A stretch of 64,000 bases of DNA, taken from assembly GCA_902799345.1 (NCBI GenBank), contig CADBZW010000020.1, forward strand, positions 50,603-114,602, in the 5' to 3' direction. The notes beneath the pieces are model-generated. The model made no database searches and was not told the DNA's origin. It was given only the letters and a program-made list of their open reading frames with translations. The first letter of the stretch is position 1. Each line of letters begins with the position of its first letter. Source of the stretch: an uncultured Bacteroidia bacterium (GTDB lineage Bacteria; Bacteroidota; Bacteroidia; Bacteroidales; F082). The translations under genes and the position numbers were made by a program. Below, piece after piece: positions 16,103 through 25,194 of this stretch.

Positions 16103-17428
16103 TTAGAAATAATAAATGAGTCCCAAACGGAAATCAACGGAACGCATCTTTAGGTCAAAAGGATAATCGACACGATAGAGCGAGCCGCAAGTCACGCGGT
16201 AATGCACTTCGGGAACCAACTCAAGGCTATTGGCGACCTTGAAGGCAGCACCCAAGCCACCATAGCAGGAAAAACGGACGGGCTGCACCTGCGACCTTTC
16301 GATGGAGGTGTGATAGGGTGGTTCGTTGGCCATAAATGAGCCCCCTTGACCGACGAGGACATCCAACGAAAGACCTGCCTTGACGAAAGCCCTAAAATGC
16401 TTCATCCTGACAAGATCGAATGAAGCGAACAGGCCGACATTCAAATAGTCGAGACGATTCACATCGCGATAGGCGTAGTTGGTGATGGTCGGAGGAACGT
16501 AGGTAGAATCCAAAACGTATTGGTAGGTCGTGTCGCCAGCGGGATGTACGGTATAATAGGTGTCGAGCGTGTCGCTCACATAATAGTCGCCCGAGTGTTC
16601 CGTCTTTTCAAGCAAGAAACGATAGCGCACCGAACGGTAGGCCAGGCTCGCGCCAACGCTCAATCTGTTAAACTTATAGCCTCCGTCCACGCCGACAGCA
16701 AAGCCTGAACTAGGGAGGATGTCGACCGAGCCGTCTTCGATTTCCGGCACAGCATTGGCATGACGGAAATAAGGGGCAGCCAAGGTCAATGAGGGGCTGA
16801 TGAACCATCCGGTATCCTGGAAATGAGGACGGAAGAACTTCCAACCCTCATATTTCACCTCGTAAACAGTATCCGTAACGACTTCATGCCTCACCACAAC
16901 TGTCGTATCGTGACGCATCGTGGTACGGATAATCTTCACGGTATCAACGATAAAAATCGTGTCCGCAGTCTTACTAGGCACCGCTTCTTGTTGTGGATCA
17001 ATGATGACTATTTGTTGTTCGGCAGGCGGTGTCACCACGGCAACGGGGTCGTTCACCAAGACTTGATTCTTACGGATTACATACTGCTTGCCGATTTTCT
17101 TGAAGCCGTAGTCGGTGCCTTTCAGCAAGTCGGTCAACACCGCTTCTATCGATTTGTAGGAGCAGGAATACTTTTCAATTTTGATTTTGCTCATTTCCGC
17201 CTTGCTGAATGCGACGTTGATTTCGTAATCGGCAAACAGTTTTTCCAGGGCTTTGTCCAAGGTACACGACTCCACCGAAAACGAAATCAAGGGGTCGAAC
17301 GACTGGGAGAAGCCTCTTTGTGGTACGGTAAAGGAAAAAAGGAGCAATAGCAGTAGGGAAAGCATAGATGGTATCAACCGCCGAGCGGAAAGTTTCCCAT
17401 GAGTTATATTCAAGATGTGAAATTTCAT
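16103..17428 (-). CDS. Outer-membrane protein: N-terminal STN (secretin/TonB short N-terminal) domain fused to a small beta-barrel (441 aa)
   Basis: After the signal peptide comes the STN-like segment ISFSVESCTLDKALEKLFADYEINVAFSK...SIEAVLTDLLKGTDYGFKKIGKQYVIRKN. The C-terminal ~230 aa show alternating beta-strand patterns and end in LGLIYYF (terminal Phe). No plug or 22-strand TonB-dependent barrel is present. Confidence 0.65.
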   Translation of the reverse strand: MKFHILNITHGKLSARRLIPSMLSLLLLLLFSFTVPQRGFSQSFDPLISFSVESCTLDKALEKLFADYEINVAFSKAEMSKIKIEKYSCSYKSIEAVLTDLLKGTDYGFKKIGKQYVIRKNQVLVNDPVAVVTPPAEQQIVIIDPQQEAVPSKTADTIFIVDTVKIIRTTMRHDTTVVVRHEVVTDTVYEVKYEGWKFFRPHFQDTGWFISPSLTLAAPYFRHANAVPEIEDGSVDILPSSGFAVGVDGGYKFNRLSVGASLAYRSVRYRFLLEKTEHSGDYYVSDTLDTYYTVHPAGDTTYQYVLDSTYVPPTITNYAYRDVNRLDYLNVGLFASFDLVRMKHFRAFVKAGLSLDVLVGQGGSFMANEPPYHTSIERSQVQPVRFSCYGGLGAAFKVANSLELVPEVHYRVTCGSLYRVDYPFDLKMRSVDFRLGLIYYF

Positions 17429-17522
17429 TCCGATAGCATCTAAACAGGCTGCTAAAGTACAACAAAAAAACGAGAAAACGACTAATTTTCTCCTAAAAGC
17501 TTAGAAAAGGGAATGAAAAGGG

Positions 17523-18542
17523 TTAACGAATCAAGTAAACGCCGTCTTGCTTGGTGAGGGTGAAATCGAACACCGCGGCAATGGTTTCAAGCACCTCGTC
17601 GATGCTTTCTTGGTCGCTGAAACGCGCTGTAAGCTTTTCCGAAGCATACGCCTCATCAAGTTCAATATCAACCTCATAGACATACTCAAGGGCATCTACG
17701 ATGGTGGAAAGTACAACATTGTTGAAGTCGAGCACGCGCTCAGTCTTCAGCTCCTCGGCCTTCACCTCGCCATAGGTCATCGTCTTCAGTTCGCCTTGGG
17801 CGAGGTTCAAGACGCCACGTTCGCCGGGAAGGACTTCCAGCTGTGAGGTTACGTTCCCTTTGCCGTCAAAGGCCGTCATTTTCACCCTGCCCGTATAAAG
17901 GTCGACAAAATACTTGTCGGCAGCGGCGTTGGCGCTCAGCAGGAAAGAGGTGCCCAACACTTCCACGTCCATGCGGTCGCAATGGATGACGAAAGGTTTC
18001 TCTTTGTCGGCGACGACATCAAAGCTGGCCACGCCAGTGAAGTTGACGGAACGTGTTGAATTGACGAATTCCTTAGGATAGCTGATTTCAGCCTCGCCAT
18101 CGAAAGTGACTGAAGTGCCATCGGGCAGCAGCATCGGCGTTTCGATGTTCTGCTCGTTTGATGCCACCGTAACGGTCGAATTTGAAGGTCCGGTAACAAG
18201 AAAGCCTAAGAACAAGGCGACTACGAGAGCGGCAGCGATTCCGGCCACATACTTGTAGTTTCTACGCAGCCAAGGCATTTCGACCGTCCTGGTCTCTTCC
18301 TGTGCATCGATTTTCGCGTTGACCGCATTGAGAGCGGCGTCAATGTTGAGCGCAGCATCGTCGGGCATGGTGAAATCGGTGAGGTGCCAAACCTCATCAG
18401 CCTCCTTTTGCGACTTGAAGTAAACACGGTTTTCTTCCGACTCGGCGACCCACGAAAGCAGTTCGAGAGCTTCCTCGGCTGGGCAATTCCCATCGAGATA
18501 GCTCTTTACCAAAGTTTCATATTTATTGTCAACCAGGTTCAT
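17523..18542 (-). CDS. FecR-family anti-sigma factor (339 aa)
   Basis: The cytoplasmic N-terminus is followed by a single TM (YVAGIAAALVVALFLGFLV). The periplasmic FecR-like region has a C-terminal STN-contacting type domain. The gene is adjacent to an ECF sigma factor. Confidence 0.85.
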   Translation of the reverse strand: MNLVDNKYETLVKSYLDGNCPAEEALELLSWVAESEENRVYFKSQKEADEVWHLTDFTMPDDAALNIDAALNAVNAKIDAQEETRTVEMPWLRRNYKYVAGIAAALVVALFLGFLVTGPSNSTVTVASNEQNIETPMLLPDGTSVTFDGEAEISYPKEFVNSTRSVNFTGVASFDVVADKEKPFVIHCDRMDVEVLGTSFLLSANAAADKYFVDLYTGRVKMTAFDGKGNVTSQLEVLPGERGVLNLAQGELKTMTYGEVKAEELKTERVLDFNNVVLSTIVDALEYVYEVDIELDEAYASEKLTARFSDQESIDEVLETIAAVFDFTLTKQDGVYLIR

Positions 18543-18706
18543 CTAACCGTTACTACTTCAAATTTACACCTATATGACTAATAACTTTGATTTTACCCTT
18601 AGTCAAAAACGAGAAATTTTATACTTTTTTTGAAAAAAAAATTGCGGTCCTTCGACAAATTCAGGAATTGCCATTTTTATCGACCCAAAGGTCGAAAAAA
18701 CAGGGA

Positions 18707-19249
18707 TTAAAGATACGCCTTCAGACCGTCTTTCAGCTGCTTAATGGCGGCACTCATCTGGGCCTCGACGGTCTTTTGTGAGATGCCGAGTTTTTCTGCG
18801 ATTTCGGAATATTTCAACCCATCGTAACGGCTGGCGAGAAACACCTCGCGACGTTTTTCCGGCATGTCTTTCAGGATTTTCCGATACGACTCCTCCAGGT
18901 TGTTGGACTGAAGCGTCTCCGACGGGTCAGTGTTGTCCGACTCTTCGGAAAAGACTCGGAGGTTAGCTTCGGCGTGGGACCGCTCTTTATTAATATAGGT
19001 AAGGGCGGAGTTGCGCACCGAAGTCAGCATATAGGACTCGAAAGAGGTATTGAACGAAATCTTCTCACGATTCGACCATAGTTTAACAAACAGGTCTTGG
19101 ACAATCTCGGAGGCGAGGTCGGAGTCGGCGACATAACGGATGCAAAACCGAACCATTGGGGAATAATAGCGGCGGAAGACCTGGTTGAACGACTCGCGGT
19201 CGCCAGCCTTCATTTTCTCGATTTGGATATTGATTTGATCTTGATCCAT
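18707..19249 (-). CDS. ECF (sigma-70 family) RNA polymerase sigma factor
   Basis: Region 2 is RYYSPMVRFCIRYVADSDLASEIVQDLFVKLW. Region 4 HTH is REVFLASRYDGLKYSEIAEKLGISQKTVEAQM. The start is refined to MDQDQ at 19249. Confidence 0.9.
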   Translation of the reverse strand: MDQDQINIQIEKMKAGDRESFNQVFRRYYSPMVRFCIRYVADSDLASEIVQDLFVKLWSNREKISFNTSFESYMLTSVRNSALTYINKERSHAEANLRVFSEESDNTDPSETLQSNNLEESYRKILKDMPEKRREVFLASRYDGLKYSEIAEKLGISQKTVEAQMSAAIKQLKDGLKAYL

Positions 19250-19274
19250 TAATGCTTGTCGCGAAAAGAGGGTG

Positions 19275-19282
19275 CAAAGATA
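19275..19282 (-). promoter_or_regulatory. -7 promoter box (CAAAGATA on the plus strand) for the sigma factor operon
   Basis: TAnnTTTG in minus orientation, 26 nt upstream of the ATG at 19249. Confidence 0.45.
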
Positions 19283-19525
19283 CGAATTTCTAAAACACAA
19301 ATCGCCAAATAATCCACGAAGCCGCTATTAATACCTTATTAATAACCTATAAACCACAAAAAACGAGTCAACAACCCGCTATAATTAATAAAAAAGTGAA
19401 TTGTCGAGAATTAATGTAAAATTATAGCATATTGTTTTTCAAACAATTACAAAATAAAAGACGACTTTTTTGAGAAAAATATTGAGAAAAAAGAAAAGAA
19501 AGCCTTGACCGATTGAAAAAAGTTG

Positions 19526-19533
19526 TATTTTTG
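19526..19533 (+). promoter_or_regulatory. -7 promoter box TATTTTTG for rplU-rpmA
   Basis: An exact TAnnTTTG followed by CAG, 49 nt upstream of the rplU ATG. Confidence 0.5.
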
Positions 19534-19581
19534 CAGTCCGAAAAAAATGAGAGTCAGTATCTAATTTAAAGATATCTAGAA

Positions 19582-19857
19582 ATGTACGCAATAGTAGAAA
19601 TCGCAGGACAACAGTTCAAAGTTGAGAAGGGTCAGCAAATCTTCGTCAACAGACTGCATGAAGAAGAAGGAAGCAAAGGTTCGACGAAAGTGGGAGCCCC
19701 GACGGTAGCCGGCGCCAATGTCGAAGCCACGGTGCTGCAGCACTGCAAAGGCAACAAGATTATCGTTTTCAAGAAGAAGAGAAGAAAAGGATATCAGACG
19801 TCTAACGGTCACCGTCAGTATCTGAGCAAGATCCAGATTGAAAGCATCACTGAGTAA
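19582..19857 (+). CDS. rplU: 50S ribosomal protein L21 (unusually short, 91 aa)
   Basis: Contains MYAIVEIAGQQFKVEKGQQIFV...VGAPTV...KIIVFKKKRRKGYQTSNGHRQ. rpmA lies directly downstream. Confidence 0.85.
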   Translation: MYAIVEIAGQQFKVEKGQQIFVNRLHEEEGSKGSTKVGAPTVAGANVEATVLQHCKGNKIIVFKKKRRKGYQTSNGHRQYLSKIQIESITE

Positions 19858-19880
19858 AAACCCGAAAAAACTAAAGAGAT

Positions 19881-20153
19881 ATGGCACACAAAAAAGGCGT
19901 TGGTAGTTCTGAGAACGGTCGTGAGTCAGCTAGTAAGCGACTCGGAGTGAAACTTTTCGGTGGACAAGCCGCCATTGCTGGCAACATCATCGTCCGTCAG
20001 CGCGGCACGAAGCACTATCCCGGCAAGAACGTCGGCATGGGCAAAGACCACACTTTATATGCTCTGTGTGACGGCATCGTCGAGTTCAAGAAGAAGAGAG
20101 AAGGCAAGTCCTACGTCTCCATCCTTCCCGTCGAAGCCGAAGTCACCGAATAA
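19881..20153 (+). CDS. rpmA: 50S ribosomal protein L27
   Basis: Contains [44 protein letters not shown]. Confidence 0.95.
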   Translation: MAHKKGVGSSENGRESASKRLGVKLFGGQAAIAGNIIVRQRGTKHYPGKNVGMGKDHTLYALCDGIVEFKKKREGKSYVSILPVEAEVTE

Positions 20154-20174
20154 GCAATTCGCAACATAAAAACG

Positions 20175-20210
20175 GATCCCGACCATCGTTTGATAGTCGG
20201 GATTTTTGTA
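20175..20210 (+). terminator. Rho-independent terminator after rpmA
   Basis: GATCCCGAC (20175-20183) pairs with GTCGGGAT (20196-20203), followed by TTTTTG. Confidence 0.6.
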
Positions 20211-20241
20211 TTTTTGCACTCCATTCAAATCAAACATCTAC

Positions 20242-20802
20242 ATGAATCTAAGATTAATGACGAAAACAATGCTCGTCAGCGGCCTCGTCGCCTTAGGCGT
20301 GGCATTAATAGGCTGCAACAACACACCTGTAGCCGACACTGACAGCAAACCCGAGACCAGCGTAGACAAGCCCGAGACCAACATAGACAAAATCAAAAGC
20401 TTGCAAAAACAAGTGCGAACCGACTCAAAAACCTTGGACGACATCGAGGCCCATGAGTTTGTGACCCTCCAAAGAGACTTCATGGCCTGCGACTCGATGC
20501 TGCAATACCTGAGCCAAGAGCAGGTGGAGCAGTCATTCGAAAAGTTACAACTGGTGCAAGCCTACATCGAACAATTCAAGTTTGCCAAGCCTTTAATGCA
20601 GGCCGACATGGACACCACCCTGCACCAACTCGACCGCCTCAGGGCCGACGCCGAAAGCCATTACCTCTCCGACTCGTTGGTGACGGTGTATCTCCTTGAA
20701 GAAACCGAATTTGTCAACAAACAGAGCAACCAAGTTCGCTATTTCCAAGACCGCTTCAACAAATGCAAACAGGATTTGGACGAATTGAAAAAAACGAGAT
20801 AA
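20242..20802 (+). CDS. Lipoprotein, hypothetical (start refined to MNLRLMTKTMLVSGLVALGVALIGC)
   Basis: A signal peptide with a lipobox is present. A TATTTTTG box lies at 20209-20216. Confidence 0.6.
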   Translation: MNLRLMTKTMLVSGLVALGVALIGCNNTPVADTDSKPETSVDKPETNIDKIKSLQKQVRTDSKTLDDIEAHEFVTLQRDFMACDSMLQYLSQEQVEQSFEKLQLVQAYIEQFKFAKPLMQADMDTTLHQLDRLRADAESHYLSDSLVTVYLLEETEFVNKQSNQVRYFQDRFNKCKQDLDELKKTR

Positions 20803-20808
20803 TAATCC

Positions 20809-22653
20809 ATGAGACTACGCTGGCTCTTCCTCATCCTCATTAATGCTGCTTTCCTCTTCCAGGTGAGCGGGCAAGCCGTGATAACACCGAAGAAGGAAAA
20901 GGACGCGCGTCAGAAGGAACAATTCCAAATCGACGAGCAGCTGGCCAGCCAATACTATCGCGACCAAGACTACGAAAAAGCCCGCGACATCTACAAGCAA
21001 CTCTTCGAAAAGTCGGGGCAAACAGGCCATTTTCAGATGTATATCGATTGCCTCATCTTCTTGAAAGAGTTTGACAAAGCCGAGAAAGAGTTGAAATCCT
21101 ATGCCAAGAAACACCCCAACTACTACCGTGCCGACACCGACGCCATCTACATCTACACGCTGCAAGGCAAAACCGACAAGGCAAAGAAGAAGTTCAACGA
21201 GGTCTTGAGCAACCTTCCAGAGAACCCCAACACTGTCAGAAGCATCAGCTACGCCTTGCAAGCCCGCAACCTCAACGAGATGGCCCTGGCCGTCCTCGAA
21301 AAAGGCAACGCCATGTTCGATGGCAAGGAGACCTTCTACATGGAGCAGGCCAACCTCAACCTGTCGTCGGCCAACTATCAAGAGGCGTTTCGGCTCTATT
21401 TCAAGGAACTGGAAATCCATCCCGGACAATACGACAACATCCGCAACCGCCTGCAGACCATGCTGTTCTATGACGTCAACCACAGCATCTCTGACGACTT
21501 GCGCATCGCCTTGCTGAAACAGACCCAAGAGAAACCCGACAACCTGGAGTTTGCCCAACTCCTCGTTTGGTTTGCCCTTCAACAGGAAGACTACGACATC
21601 GCCTTGGCCCAATGCCAAAGCATCGACCGCAAGACCCACGACCAAGACGCACAGATCAACAATCTGGCAGGCATCTGCTTGAACAACAAGCAATACGACA
21701 TCGCCAAGGAAGGCTACAACTACATCATCGGCAAGGGCAAGAGCAACCCCTTCTATGGGCAAGCCATTACCGGCGCCATCAAGGCCGACTACCAGAAGCT
21801 GAAAGTCGAGAACCGCAGCGACACGAAGGCCTACGAGCGCCTTTCCAAACGCATCGACGAGGCCTATAGCGACATCAGCACCTACGACTTGGCCAAGCTC
21901 ACACTCATCCAAGCCGACATCATGGCCTATCATCTCGGCCAGACCGACGAGGCCATCGCCTTGCTCACCAACACCATCGCCACCGTGAACAGCAAACAAG
22001 GTCAGGCCGAGCTGAAGCTGGCCCTGGGCGACATCTACCTCCACAAAGACGAGGTCTGGGAAGCCACGCTGCTCTACAGCCAAGTCGACAAGAGCCTGAA
22101 GGAAGAGCCGCTTGGCCACGAAGCCCGATTCAAGAACGCGCAACTGCGTTATTTCATCGGCGAATACGAATGGGCCCAAAGCCAGCTGAAGGTGCTGAAA
22201 GCCGCCACTTCCAAACTCATCGCCAACGATGCCATGACACTCTCACTCGTCATCAAGGACAACCTCGAAGCCGATACCTTGGGCGTGGAACTCAACCGCT
22301 TGGCTCGCGCCGACTACAGAATCTACCAACAACGCGAAGACGAAGCCCTCACCCTGCTCGATGACATCATCGCCACAGGCAACGAAGTCAGCAAGCCTCA
22401 CGCGCTGTTCCGCAAAGGCGAGATTATGGAAAAACGCAAGGCCTTTGCCGACGCCGAGCAACTGTATTTACAGATCGTGGAGCAATACCCCGAGAGTTAC
22501 ATGGCCGACGCCGCCTTGATGCACGCTGCATTAATCGAGCAAAACGAACTGAAAGACAAAGCCTTGGCGGGAGAGCATTACGAGAAGCTGATTGACGAAT
22601 ACCCAACGAGCATTTATACCGCACAAGCAAAGAAAAACTACAGGAAGTTATGA
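20809..22653 (+). CDS. Tetratricopeptide (TPR) repeat protein with signal peptide (614 aa)
   Basis: There is an N-terminal signal. Repeated A/Y/L-rich 34-residue helical-pair patterns are visible (e.g. ASQYYRDQDYEKARDIYKQLF, AQLRYFIGEYEWAQSQL). Confidence 0.8.
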   Translation: MRLRWLFLILINAAFLFQVSGQAVITPKKEKDARQKEQFQIDEQLASQYYRDQDYEKARDIYKQLFEKSGQTGHFQMYIDCLIFLKEFDKAEKELKSYAKKHPNYYRADTDAIYIYTLQGKTDKAKKKFNEVLSNLPENPNTVRSISYALQARNLNEMALAVLEKGNAMFDGKETFYMEQANLNLSSANYQEAFRLYFKELEIHPGQYDNIRNRLQTMLFYDVNHSISDDLRIALLKQTQEKPDNLEFAQLLVWFALQQEDYDIALAQCQSIDRKTHDQDAQINNLAGICLNNKQYDIAKEGYNYIIGKGKSNPFYGQAITGAIKADYQKLKVENRSDTKAYERLSKRIDEAYSDISTYDLAKLTLIQADIMAYHLGQTDEAIALLTNTIATVNSKQGQAELKLALGDIYLHKDEVWEATLLYSQVDKSLKEEPLGHEARFKNAQLRYFIGEYEWAQSQLKVLKAATSKLIANDAMTLSLVIKDNLEADTLGVELNRLARADYRIYQQREDEALTLLDDIIATGNEVSKPHALFRKGEIMEKRKAFADAEQLYLQIVEQYPESYMADAALMHAALIEQNELKDKALAGEHYEKLIDEYPTSIYTAQAKKNYRKL

Positions 22654-22658
22654 TAAAC

Positions 22659-22822
22659 TACAGATTATACAGATGAAACAGATTCCGACAATGAAATTCA
22701 GAGGCACAAGTGCCAATTAGTACAGATTCCTTCCGGTAAACAGAGAAGCCATCTGTAACAATCGGGAGCGTGCGACCTACAATTTTTGGAAAACAAATCG
22801 GTAAAATCTGTCAAATCTGTAG
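22659..22822. repeat. Cluster of seven ACAGAT/ATCTGT words: 3x9-nt tandem, 1 isolated, then 3 inverted copies
   Basis: ACAGAT occurs at 22660, 22669, 22678 and 22732. ATCTGT occurs at 22751, 22806 and 22815. The outer 9-mers CTACAGATT (22658-22666) and AATCTGTAG (22814-22822) are perfect reverse complements. Confidence 0.85.
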
Positions 22823-22838
22823 TTAAAAAGAAAATAAA

Positions 22839-23618
22839 ATGTTTGATGTCAGACCCAAGAAGAGTTTAGGCCAGCATTTCCTGACCGACCAAAACATAGC
22901 GAAGCAAATCGTGGAGCAGCTGTCGCCCGACGTGGAGAGCGTCATCGAAGTGGGTGCCGGCACAGGCGTGTTGACCCAGTATTTGGTGCAAGATGTCCTC
23001 GACAAATTCCATGTCATTGAAATCGACAAGGAGTCTATCGCCTATCTGGAGAAACATTTCCCGATGCTTGGCGAACGGCTCATCGAAGGCGACTTCCTTC
23101 GCGCCGACCTCAGCCAATTTGGCCAGCAAAACATGGCCATCATCGGCAACTTTCCTTATAACATCAGCAGCCAGATTTTCTTCCAAGTGCTGAAATACAA
23201 GGAACAGGTCGTTGAAGTGGTGGGAATGGTGCAGAAAGAAATGGCCGAGCGCATGGCTGCCATGGAAGGCAGTAAGACCTACGGCATTTTGAGCGTATTA
23301 ATGCAGGCTTGGTACGACATCGACTATCTCTTCACGGTACACGAGAACGTCTTCAACCCACCACCGAAGGTGAAATCCGCCGTCATCAAGATGCGGCGCA
23401 ACGCCACGACCGACTTGGGCTGCGACGAAAAGCTGTTTGTAAGCATCGTCAAGCAGGCCTTCAACCAACGCCGCAAGACCATGCGCAACTCGCTGCGCCC
23501 GATGCTCAGCCCCGACATCATCGGAAACGAGGTTTTCGACAAACGGCCTGAGCAACTTTCAGTCCAGGAGTTTATTGATTTGACGAATTTGATTGGGGAA
23601 AATCCCATCCAGCATTAA
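22839..23618 (+). CDS. rsmA: 16S rRNA (adenine1518/1519-N6)-dimethyltransferase
   Basis: Contains PKKSLGQHFLTDQNIAKQIV, the SAM motif VIEVGAGTGVLT, and IIGNFPYNISS. Confidence 0.95.
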   Translation: MFDVRPKKSLGQHFLTDQNIAKQIVEQLSPDVESVIEVGAGTGVLTQYLVQDVLDKFHVIEIDKESIAYLEKHFPMLGERLIEGDFLRADLSQFGQQNMAIIGNFPYNISSQIFFQVLKYKEQVVEVVGMVQKEMAERMAAMEGSKTYGILSVLMQAWYDIDYLFTVHENVFNPPPKVKSAVIKMRRNATTDLGCDEKLFVSIVKQAFNQRRKTMRNSLRPMLSPDIIGNEVFDKRPEQLSVQEFIDLTNLIGENPIQH

Positions 23619-24853
23619 TTGGCTTTCAACGATTCGTTTTCCTTACGCATAGCATGGCGCACGGTGAGGAAAGCCGAAGTGCAACCCACCACCAGAATCG
23701 TGGCGAAAATCAGCAGCACGTCTTTTAATTTCAAAAGCACCGGATAGGCATCCACGACATAGTTGCCGCCCGTACCGAACTTCACGAAACCGAACTGCTG
23801 CTGCAACAGCACCAAAATGATGCCCAACAACAATCCGATGATGCCGCCAGCCACGGAGATCAGCAGGCCTTCATTCATGAAAATCTTCTGTATGAGGCGA
23901 TTGTCGGCACCCATCGACTTCAAGATCTCAGTGTCTTTGCGCTTGTCGATCATCAGCATGGAGAGCGAACCGACCACATTAAAGGTGGCCAAAATGAGAA
24001 TGAAGGTGAGAATGACATAGACCGCCCACTTCTCAGAACGCATGATTCTGTAAAGCGTCTCCTGCTGTTCCTGCTGGTTCTTCACGGTGAAGCCCTCCCC
24101 CATCACAGCCTGCACTGCTTTTTTGATTTTATTGGCATCGGCATTGGGCAAGATGAAAAGCTCCACATTATTCGCTTTATTCTCATATTCAAGCAGTTCA
24201 GAGAGCCACTCGAAAGGCACGAGCACTAATTTCTCGTCTTGTTCCTGCTCAGTAGAGAACACACTGCGCACAGTCAACACATCGGAATTGAAGCTGTTTT
24301 CGAGGCTCATCAGCGAGGCGTTGCCGCGCTTAGGCACATAGACGCGCACCATCGCGTAAGGGTTGTAGGCATTGATGCCGAGATACCATGCCACACCTGC
24401 CCCCGGCACGGCGAAACTATGCTCTTCGTCGTCAGCAAGCTGGAGACCTTCGCTACCGAAAATGATTTCATTAAGGCGATCGATGTTTTGATATTCATGG
24501 CCAACGCCTTTCACCTGACCAATGTGTTGCTTGTCATTGGCACGAAAAAGTGCGTCTTCGGTAATCGTCGGAACCACATATTCAACGCCTTGTATTTCTT
24601 TGAGTTGTCCCAACGGAAAAGCCGTTAAGTCAATGGTTTTGCCTTTGGTCGGGGCGATTTGCAGGTCGGGCGTGAGACGGCTATTCATCGAAGAAATCAC
24701 CTTCTCCAAGCCATTGAAGGCCGAGAGCACCACGATGAGCGCAAACGAGCCGACACTAATACCGAGGATGGAAATCCACGTGATGATATTAATGAGGTTG
24801 TGGCTCTTTTTGGCCAGCAGGTAACGGTTTGCTATGAACAGCGGCAGTCTCAC
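23615..24853 (-). CDS. FtsX-like ABC transporter permease (LolC/E-like lipoprotein-release type)
   Basis: Contains MRLPLFIANRYLLAKKSHNLINIITWISILGISVGSFALIVVLSAFNGLE. A periplasmic domain is followed by three C-terminal TM helices. Confidence 0.85.
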   Translation of the reverse strand: MRLPLFIANRYLLAKKSHNLINIITWISILGISVGSFALIVVLSAFNGLEKVISSMNSRLTPDLQIAPTKGKTIDLTAFPLGQLKEIQGVEYVVPTITEDALFRANDKQHIGQVKGVGHEYQNIDRLNEIIFGSEGLQLADDEEHSFAVPGAGVAWYLGINAYNPYAMVRVYVPKRGNASLMSLENSFNSDVLTVRSVFSTEQEQDEKLVLVPFEWLSELLEYENKANNVELFILPNADANKIKKAVQAVMGEGFTVKNQQEQQETLYRIMRSEKWAVYVILTFILILATFNVVGSLSMLMIDKRKDTEILKSMGADNRLIQKIFMNEGLLISVAGGIIGLLLGIILVLLQQQFGFVKFGTGGNYVVDAYPVLLKLKDVLLIFATILVVGCTSAFLTVRHAMRKENESLKAN

Positions 24854-25194
24854 TTTTCGGGATGCAGCAAGTTATCGATGTTTTCGATATAATCGAGCGA
24901 ATCGTCCTCAAAGAAGCGCAGTTCCGGCACGACGCGCATCTGATGGCGAATGCGGTTGCCCAAAAGTCCACGAATGGCTCTGGCGTTTTGATTCACCTCT
25001 TCGACCACCTTTTTCTTGTCGTCGACGCCAAAGACGCTGAGGTACACGTTGGCATAGCCGAGGTCGGAAGTGACCCTCACATGCGTCACGGTAATCATCA
25101 GCATCGGGACTGCGGGTTTCAATTCTTTCTGAAAAATATCACCTAATTCCTTTTGTATCAGTTTGTTTACTTTTTCTAATCTTTTACCGTCCAT
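24850..25194 (-). CDS. rbfA: Ribosome-binding factor A
   Basis: Contains RLEKVNKLIQKELGDIFQKE...VRVTSDLGYANVYLSVFG. The gene overlaps the permease start by 4 nt. Confidence 0.9.
   Translation of the reverse strand: MDGKRLEKVNKLIQKELGDIFQKELKPAVPMLMITVTHVRVTSDLGYANVYLSVFGVDDKKKVVEEVNQNARAIRGLLGNRIRHQMRVVPELRFFEDDSLDYIENIDNLLHPEK

Noticed and set aside
10174-16153. Long + strand ORFs (384 aa at 10174-11328, 493 aa at 14672-16153, and several of 70-140 aa) opposite the two T9SS cargo genes.
   Set aside because: These are shadow frames of high-GC genes. They have R/H/G/V-rich composition and no signal peptides or motifs. The minus-strand products have clear signal peptides and T9SS sorting domains.
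20815-22179. 454-aa minus-strand ORF opposite the TPR gene.
   Set aside because: This is an antisense shadow ORF (V/G/D/L-rich). The + strand protein has a signal peptide and coherent TPR-like helices.
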